From NCBI GenBank assembly GCA_021613535.1, contig CP075492.1, positions 7,936,001-8,000,000 of the forward strand: 64,000 nucleotides of DNA, written 5' to 3'. Shown piece after piece: positions 54,597 through 64,000 of this stretch. The translations under genes were made by a program, and so were the position numbers. This stretch comes from Adineta vaga. Lineage: Eukaryota > Animalia > Rotifera. The notes beneath the pieces were generated by a model. It was not told the origin of the DNA, ran no database searches, and saw only the letters and a program-made list of their open reading frames with translations. Each line of letters opens with the position of its first letter. Within the stretch, counting starts at the first letter, position 1.

Positions 54597-55281
54597 ATGG
54601 TGAGTGAAGAGTTATTTAGGTTGAAGTAAATTATTGCATTACAACTCTAGAGTACGGCAGTTATTGTTGGACTTAGTCTAGCAGCTGTTGGATTTACAGG
54701 TAGATAGTTAATTCTAGCTTAAGATTATTTTATTTCATTAATTATTTAAAGGTCGATATCTTGCTCGACATGGTAAAACAATAGCAGAGAATTTAACTAA
54801 GACAAGTGGTGTTATTGCAGAAGGATTATCGGTAAGAAATTTAGATTTATCTTTACATATGTTATTGATATCTTGCTAATAATTTAGTCAAAATATTATA
54901 AAGGTGGTTTTGGTAAGAATGAAAAACTAAAATACAATATTTCGAAATTCTCATTATCTATTTTGTTTTTCTTTTCAAATAGATCCGAAGATGAACCGAC
55001 GTGAAGCAGCATTGATATTAGGCATTAGGTAATCGATGACATATTTGCTTGAATAAATCAATGTTTGCTTTGTTTTTTCAAGTCCGACAGCGAATAAAAA
55101 TCGTATACGTGATGCGTATAAACGTTTGATCATTCTCAATCATCCTGATCGAGGTAGATATCATCTATTCAATCGATGTTGTATAATTTGATGTTCTTTT
55201 TTTCCATCTGCAGGCGGTTCACCCTATATTGCTGCAAAAATCAACGAAGCAAAAGACTTTTTTGAAAGTGGTGCCAAATGA
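54597..55281 (+). CDS. DNAJC19: Mitochondrial import J-protein Tim14/Pam18, seven small exons (not in ORF track)
   Basis: ATG-only first coding exon; [59 protein letters not shown]. Confidence 0.93.
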
Positions 55282-56304
55282 ACTGTAGTAAACCTTTTCC
55301 TGTCTTTGTTTAGTCATCAATCAAGTTTTTGTTTGATTGAATAAGATCATATATTTGTTAAAAAAATATGTTTTTGTTTCTCTTCGATTGAGATATGCAT
55401 CGTACTGAGATAATAACTGAAAGTCTTGCTATCGTCCACTCTGCGTTTAGTTAGAATATACACTTTTTTTTCTTCATCAATGATTCTAATTAGAAAGAAA
55501 GGAAAAACCTCAGTTTCATTGATGTAGAGAAATCATTTCACATATTGAAAGAACAGTTTTACATAACTAATTCAACTTTTACCCTATGAATTGACGATCT
55601 TTACGAAGAAAAGTGCCTCTTATTTTTTCCGATATTGCTACTCTTGAGTATTTCATCATTGCGTACCAGTCCGTTTTTTACTTTATTTTCACAAAAAAAA
55701 ACAAATTCCGAGTCGAGGCAAAACTGATCTTATCATAACGAAGGTTAGTGTCTGACCAATTTATTTTCTTCATTAATTTCTTGTGTGAAAATAATAATAT
55801 ACATAATTTATGATGGATTTTTTTTGCTTCTTGTAAGAAAAGATAAATCACATGCAAAACAAATTTACAAAATGTCCGACTATCATCTGTTACTACATTT
55901 TAACTTGCTTGCAAGTAATAATAAAACAAGAAGAAAAAGAAGAAGAAAAGCACGACATGTAATTGAAAGAACCTTCTCTGCTTTCATGCCTTCGTTTTTT
56001 TACTCTCAACCAGTCAGCAATGCAAACTATGTCTTTCTTTTTTTTCCCTTCTTCATTTCTTATTTCTCGTCCTTTTAACGCCTTTCTTCACGTCAGATGA
56101 TCATAAAAAAAGAAAGGGACGACGATGTCGACGACGACTATGCACTTTCTCATTCATCGTGATTCACATTCAACATGACGTGTCAATTTATGGTATTATT
56201 TTATATTGAATACCATCGTTTAGTATATATATGTGAATACGTTATGTAAATTCTTCTAATGATATTTTAGATACTCGTTTTCCTTCATTATTTGTTTATT
56301 TCAC

Positions 56305-57270
56305 ATGGCAACGAAACGTAGTCAACCAGATTGGTCATTTAAAATCTTATTAATTGGTGATAGTGGTGTTGGTAAAACATGTTTAATGTTTCGATTTGCT
56401 GGTAAATTTCTTTTTACATCTAAAAAACAAACAGAAAATTGATAAGTGTTGTGTTTGTTTGTGAAAGATAAGATTGAATTTCAGCTGAGTTTTTTCTCAC
56501 TTCGAAAAGGTCAATGTTTATCATTGTCGACGTCACGAGTTCGTTCTTCTTTGAAACTTAGGATTTTCAATGAATAGATATTAATTATTTTAAAAAAAAA
56601 AAATATATATATATGTCTTGTTTCTATAGACAATATGTTTGCTGAATCATTTACTCCAACAATTGGAATTGATTTCAAAATAAAGACACTACGCGTACTA
56701 GATAAAACAGTTAAATTACAATTATGGGACACAGCTGGTCAAGAGAAATTTTTTAATATCACACGTTCATATTATGTAAGTTGTCCTTCTTAATAATCGT
56801 ACTTATGCATACTTGATTGTCGACTTTTCTTTCTTTGCTAGCGTAATGCTGATGCAATAATACTCGTTTATGATCGTACAGAAGCAACTTCTTTTCAAAA
56901 TATTGCTCGTTGGATGAGAAATATTGATGAAAATGCGCCGGATGATGTCGTTCGAATCTTAGTTGGAAACAAAAGTGATATGCATGATCGTCTCGTTATT
57001 TCTACACATGAAGGAAAATTACTAGCTGATAAATTTCGTGTGGATTTTTTTGAAACAAGTGCCAAATCTGATACGAGTCCAACAGTTTCCAAAATGTTCT
57101 TTTTTCTTACGGAAAAATTACTTGAACAAAAACAAGAAGCAGCATTACGTGAACAACATTTATCATCCACACATCAAACAGGAAATATTAATTTAACGAA
57201 TAGTCAATCGGAATCAACTTATGGGAAATTACTTGGTTGCTGTTCATCAACTAGGACTGTTGATGAGTAA
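56305..57270 (+). CDS. Divergent Rab8/10/13-like small GTPase, three exons
   Basis: [50 protein letters not shown]. Confidence 0.88.
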
Positions 57271-58404
57271 AAAAAAATGTTTTTTTTCTTCTTTTCTTTT
57301 GTCTTGTACATATATATAGATATATATATCCTCAATGTTTATAGTATATCATTCCATGATTCTCTTGCAAAGTTCAATGTATGATTGTCTTCTGAATGAA
57401 ACATTTTTCTTATCCACTTGAAATATTCAAAGTATTTATGAAGGTTAGAACGTGTCATTGAACAATTACAAACTGATATCTTATACACACCGGAAATAGT
57501 CTCTTGAAATAATCTTTTGTTATACACAAATGATTTGTATGCAAATTGGAATATTTAAAAACAGTCGAGAATACAAATGTACTCTCATAGCAAAATAAAT
57601 ACGTTAATGCGGATAAAATGGTATTTAATTATTCGATTATAGTACTAATAAATATTCGCATCTTAGAATGACCTTGATCAACATTATTCTGTCATTTCAA
57701 ACATCGTCAATTTGAATATTTAACCGTTGTTATGAAATCATATTTAGATAGAATTACATGTCATTGTAAGACTATGAAAGAAAAAACACAGACGAATAGA
57801 AGAAAAACTTCCTGTTATTCATATATTTTCTTGATTTAATGCTCGATATTAACTGAAGAATAGAAATAGATCAGCTTAAACGAAGATATTCTACTGATTC
57901 AAAGTTCTTTTAGTTACATCAAACATACCACTTTGATCTCGTTTGTTTCAAGGTTAATCATATTCAAGAACTTCCGATAGTTACAACCGTATAGTCGAGT
58001 TGAACTTCTCGATCTATCATATCACATGAATGGAATAATTCGAAATTTATGTAATATATCTATTCATACTCTATTATACAAATATTGCCATGATTAATTC
58101 TCACATAAGCTTTGGATTGGTCAAAAAAGCTGCTTGATTATATACCATGCAAATAAATCTTATACATTTTCATGATCATGCACACACATACACACACACT
58201 AATCATAGATATAATTCAAATTAGACAGAACAGTATGCGAGAGATTTAGTTCTTGTTATAATATTGGACAATAACAAACAAAAAAAACATCCATTCAAAA
58301 GTCAAATGAAGTAAATACGATCTTATTTTTTATATACAACAAGAAAAAGCAAATGAAATTTGTTTTTGGCAGAAAAACGTAATGAAGTTATTTGATTCCG
58401 TCTG

Positions 58405-60449
58405 TCAATCTTTGAAAGTATTACGAATTAAACGAAAGAATTCTTCACGATTTTCCGGTGATAATGCTAGTACTTGAAGGAAGAGTTTATGTGGTGATGC
58501 AACACGAGCAAATGTTGAAATATATACATTTGTAAACAATGCCATAATAATTTGACAATCAAATCGATCCTATTGAAATAAATTTTAAAAAAAAGATGAA
58601 TGTATTGACAAAAAAATGTGTATCTTCTTTTTACCACAAAGCCACCATGACCTGGTATTGTATCAGCAAAATCTTTAATACGAAATGCTCGTTTAAATCC
58701 ACTAGCAAAGAATCCTCCGAATGGTCCAATACTCGAAGCAAACAATGAAAGTACCAATGAATGTAATTGAAATGGATATAAATCAAGTGTACGTTTTAAA
58801 AATGAGAATGGTTTTGGCATCGAATAAGTTGTCTTTTGAAATAATGGTATTGGCGTACATGATATTGATAAACCCATTAGTTCTTCATTATATTCTAATG
58901 GACACACAAAAAATTGATAACGACTAAGTAAACCGGCTAAGATAAATCCGAAGATTAAAGTTGATACACCTCCGCCAATAAAACCTTCCCATGTTTTCTT
59001 TGGAGATAGTTTTGTTAATGGTGTTCGACCGTAGAAAAATCCGAACATATATGCCATTATATCATTACAAATAATTAACGATACAGGAAAAAGAAACCAT
59101 ATCATTCCTAAATTATGTTTAATAATTCAATTAATCGAAGATAAATACATTCAGAATATGACTGATCTTGTTAGCTTTTCAAGAATTCTATATATCAGAA
59201 GTGATGAACTACATTTGCCTCATATTGCGATACGTAATGTGCATTTAAAACTTTGCTACATCGAAGATTCAGTAAAGTCTACATGAGTCTTAACATTCAA
59301 TTTAGATAATTTTTTGTTCGAACGAATGACAATCGATTTGACTTGATTGTAAGACATTAAAGGTTAAAATGACCTTTCATCACAATTGAAACACGTATTT
59401 TGACGAATAAACAAGAAGTCATTCTTTTTCCTCTCTCTTTTTCTCCCAATTGAAAAAACTCTATGATAATTTCTCTTAATCTTTCCAAAACGATTTATAA
59501 GATCAGCTTTGAGAAGATCAACTATGCAAATGTAATTTCACAATCACACCCTCGCAACGTTGTCAATGTGGATGACTCACTATACGTGCCACGTCAAATG
59601 TTATGTTAAAATATTAGGTCGTTTCGGTCAAAGAAAAACGATCAACTTTACAAATACATTATTATCATCTCAAAAAGATATAAATTGCCTACAAGAAATA
59701 AATGAATACATACCTTCACAAATATTTTGTATCATTTGATGACTCGATGTAACAAGAATCATCAAAGTAATATGTGTATATCCGAATAAAGTGAATTGTT
59801 TGAGATAATAAGTTTTCTTCAAACTTAAGACAAATCCAACGAAGCCACTTGTATATAGAAGAAAAGCAATCATTCGATGATATGTCACTAATGGTTGAAG
59901 GAAATTATTTCGATTCATTAATGAACCAAAATGATGAATTAAACTTTCACCATACAGCCAATAATTTGATGTAAATAAGAAAAACCATGATAAAGTTCGA
60001 AACCAGGGTAAATTATGTGATTTATACACAACATAACCAATATTAATAATTTCTTGAAAGCATTTGATTTGAATAAGAAGAATAACGAGAGAAACAACCA
60101 ATGGACCCATGGATACTAATTTAGCAAAGCCAGCAATCATGATAAATGAAAATATTCCACGAATAATCCAGTTACGCCAACGTGGATTCAAACCACTTAG
60201 CATATGTTCAACATATTGCATGGCACTTGATGTGGTAGCTGTTTCTTTGAACATATGAGCACCGGTTGGATGCGATGGTAAAGGTTCCATATCATCATCG
60301 GTAGTTGGTGCTGCAGTAATAGGAGTCGTGGAAGCAGCTGCTGCTTTAGCATTTTCATCGTTAGTTAATCGAGTAGCATTCGTATTTATATCACGTACGA
60401 TATTTCGATGATAAAGATTGGAAGTATCAGATATAACTGAAGAAGACAT
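58405..60449 (-). CDS. CDS: Phosphatidate cytidylyltransferase (CDP-diacylglycerol synthase), three exons
   Basis: [75 protein letters not shown]. Confidence 0.96.
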
Positions 60450-61073
60450 TGTCTTGTCAATGGACAAAGATTAGATGAGAGTTGTGTCGTGGCAGAAAAT
60501 ATCGTTAGGAGAAAAAACGAATCTTTTTACTTCGAAATCAACGTCTATTGTAATGACAAACAAAAAAAAGCACTAGAAAAAATACTAACTGCAGGTATTA
60601 GTTTAAAAAAACCAATGAGATGCCTAACCGTTTTACGACAGATGGCAATAGAAAACGGAAAGTATTCAAATATGTATCGATCAATTTGCGTCCTCTTTTG
60701 TGACATAATTCTTACATCTAGATCAGTAGAGTAACAACGAAAAATGTGTAGTCGATAGAATGATTTACATTTAATTAATAATCAGTCTGTTATGTATGTA
60801 TATATATATATATATATATGTATTTATATTTTATATAAGGAAGAATAGTGAAACTTGTTTTTTTTCTGAGAAGAACACAAAAAAAATAATCAGACAAGTA
60901 CAGAATATATATCTTTGTTTTCGTTTTAATCAGATATACAAAATATAACAAGACGAGAACACATTCTATATAAATTTTCGCTGAAAATGCGAAGAATAAC
61001 GAACGATACACAGAGAACTAGACTATATTAAACAAGAATAGAAGAGAAAGAAAAAACATAATAGAGAATATTG

Positions 61074-64000
61074 TTATTTATCATCTTTAGTCATGAAATT
61101 TTCTAATAATTGACGAAAATAATTATCCAAAACATTAGCACAAAGATATAATGTTGAATTCATTGGATTAAATAGTCGACAATTGTTAAAGATTTTATTC
61201 ACATCACGAATATAATCACATATCGTTTTGAATTTACTATTCATTATTTTGCTTTTCAGTGTTGATAGATCTATACAGTTGAGAGAGAGAGAGAGAGAAA
61301 TTAAAATTGAAGATGAAAAAAAAAGTTCCACCTACCCATAGGGTCTTTAATTATTGTAAGATAATTCGATACTTTTTTAACATCGACTGGTTTTTGAAAC
61401 GGCCATGCCATTTTATGTGTCTAGAAAAGTCAATAGTCATAGTTTCTTTGCTTTTAAATATTTAAAAAAATGAATTACTAGAAGTTGATCAGTTAGATTT
61501 AGTAGTTCTTTTTTAATCTCATTATTGATTGGTTTATTGAGGAATTCTTGTTTTTTCTCTGTTGAACATCTTGGACAAACATAAACTTCAAATTTTTCTG
61601 CTTGTTCTGGTGATATACCAACACAAGCGCCATGTAACCAATCAGCACAAACATCACAGCCAATATAAAATCTAATTTCATAGAAATCAATAAACAAATC
61701 TATTAGATTGAAATGAATGTATTGTTTCTTACTGTGACTCATCATATGGTGTTTGACAAACACAATACAAACGTTCTTTGGTTTTCTCTGTTAATAATGT
61801 ACAATCTTTACAAATGAATTCCTTTAATTTTTCTGCAAGCCGTGGTGTTAAACCAACACAAGAACCATGTAACCATCGTGAACATGTTTCACATTGAATA
61901 AAGAATTTTTCAGGAACATCCGTTTTTTGACATGTACAATTGATGTCGGAAAGATCGATTTCAGTTTTTCCTTTTTTATTCGAAGAATTTTTAATTGTTA
62001 TAACTTTCTTGGATGTTTCTGTAGATTTCATTTTTGCGACATTTGTTGAAGAAGATGAAGAAGATTTACGATTCTTGAGAAGATTTTCATCGTTATCTGA
62101 TAATTCACGTTGTTCAGTTGCAGGTGTCTTAGGACGAGAACCACGAGCTTTTTTCGCGGCTGGAGGTTGTTCTTGATCTTTATTGTCATCAGTTTTTATT
62201 GAAGGTAAAGGACGAGTTCGTTTTGGTGGTGTAATACTAAATAATTGAAAAGATATTTATTCTCAAATTGAATCTCTGTATCAGATTTTGATAATATATT
62301 TCATAAGAAAATCGATTGAGATTGTAAAGTTCTATTACCTTTTTGTTTTTGTTTCTGATGTTTCTTGTCGTTTCTTTTTCTTTTCATTTCCCGCACTTTT
62401 TCTCGGCTTTTTTGCAGGTATTGGTAGTAGTGGTGGTGATGTTTCCACCTTCTTTTCTTCTTCTCCTTCTTCTTCATCCGAACTTGATTTTTCTTGTTTA
62501 ACGGAAGTTACTTGTTGTTGCTGTTTTAAGATCAATTGTTGCTGTTTGAGACGTTGAGTTTGTACTTGTTCTTTGACTAAGGCTGTTTTTTTATTTAGAC
62601 GGTCACCAATAAATTCTTGTCGAAGATTATCTACTCGTTCATTTAAAAGACGTGTTAAAGCTATTTGACGATGATTCGATTTTGGTTGAACAATTAGATT
62701 TTGATTTTTTGAACGTTTTTTCATTGATTCTTGATTCTGTTCACGTTCAACTCGATCAACAAGAGAACGAAGAATATTTTCACATATTCTTAATCTGAAC
62801 AACGATACGTGATTATAAATCGAGACACGAGAGCAACGCTAGTGCCTTACCTGACGCCTTCTTGTGGATCGATTTTTAATCTTTTATCTTCTGATATCGA
62901 TGGTATAGGCACTGATTTACGACTATTTTTCGTTTTTTGTGTAATAACCGGTGTTGATTTAATCGTCGAAAACTTCGTATCAATTATGACTGTTTCAGCA
63001 GGAGTTGATAATTGATTTTGCTCATTACTAGGTGGTTCTGAAAGTACAGGCAGTTCTAATTGTTGTTGTGAGAGAAGTTGTTGTTGTTGAGCTAGAAGAC
63101 TATTCAGTAAATCATTCGATGGTTGAATGGATATGATTGGGGAGGGTGCAATTGGACGTAATCGACGTTCTTGTGGACTAGCTGATGTTGTTTGTGGTGG
63201 TTGAGATGATTTAGGTGGTGAAGGTGATTTTGTTGTCGAATTCTCATTTTGTTGTACAGCCGTTGTTGGTACAAGAATGATCTGTCCATCTGCTAATTTA
63301 ACAACGGAAAATGATTTTTGTTGCAATGGAAGATTGGTTGCTGATGATTCTCCGGTAGCTTTGACAATCACAACTTTTCCACTTTCAGTATTTAATGTTG
63401 ATTTTGGTTGTAAATGTGGTATACGAACAATAAATGGTTTTGCTGTTTGTTGAGTAGAAGAATTGCTAGTAGAGGATTTCTTTTTTATCTTAGTTTTTTC
63501 ACCATTCGTTTTCTTATGTAAACGTTTGAGAGATTTATCAAGTAAACTTCGATAATAATATTTAATTTGATTCGGTTGAAGTTGTCGTTCAGGTAACCAC
63601 TGTTCACTGAGAATCAGACGATTTGGTGTGAGAATCGATGATGGATGTGGAACAGCACGACTACGTGATTTTGATATAGGAATATTAAAATTCGATGAGT
63701 CACTTGTTTGTGAATGAATAGTCTTACGAACAAAATATTCACAATAAGAATTATAGGGTCCAGAATCACGTTTAGCTAAAACTTGAATACTTGTTGTCAT
63801 ACCATCATTATCAACGTGAGTTGTGATCGATGATTCATCAATATTAGAAAGTTTCTCCGTAATAAGATCCCATCTAAACGAAAAAGAAATATTGATGTAT
63901 AATTCTTCTATGTAATTTGTGTAACAGACCTTATACAATTCCATAAATATTTAATATGATGAGCAATTGCAAAGAATGAAGTACTCGTTTGAACTTTATA
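61074..64000 (-). CDS. BPTF: NURF subunit BPTF/NURF301, 3' portion (5' end outside window)
   Basis: YLWNCIRWD motif, Q-rich region, two PHD fingers (second: LYCVCQTPYDESQFYIGCDVCADWLHG) and terminal bromodomain (HKMAWPFQKPVD..KDPMDLST..IFNNCRLFN). Confidence 0.9.

Overview
Eukaryotic, strongly AT-rich, gene-dense genomic DNA with very many short (about 45-65 nt) GT-AG introns, so the ORF track shows only exon fragments. Intron size, composition, divergent orphan GPCRs and nuclear receptor, and an intron-bearing bacterial-type serine hydrolase point to a bdelloid rotifer (Adineta/Rotaria-like); this is inference. I reconstructed about 25 genes. Conserved housekeeping genes: AMDHD2, PTS, DLST, RAB10, aldolase, EFTUD2, PQBP1, Twinkle, an ABCA transporter, OAT, PEN-2, DNAJC19 (absent from the ORF track), CDP-DAG synthase and the 3' part of BPTF. 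Others: a TJAP1/BEGAIN-like protein, an intermediate-filament protein, a neprilysin-like protein, a second divergent Rab, four orphan GPCRs, a nuclear receptor, a beta-lactamase-family protein, an uncharacterised type-I membrane protein, tRNA-Thr(AGT) and a 418-bp MITE with an 8-bp TSD. Best leads: (1) operon-like clusters (AMDHD2-PTS-DLST; PEN-2-DNAJC19) with splice acceptors just before downstream ATGs, plus a structured Sm-site RNA candidate inside an oversized AMDHD2 intron; (2) a neprilysin lacking all zinc ligands; (3) a putative horizontally acquired, possibly GPI-anchored beta-lactamase-fold enzyme; (4) a 740-bp gene-conversion-like tract between two GPCR paralogues. Exon boundaries were read by eye and may be off by a few bases.
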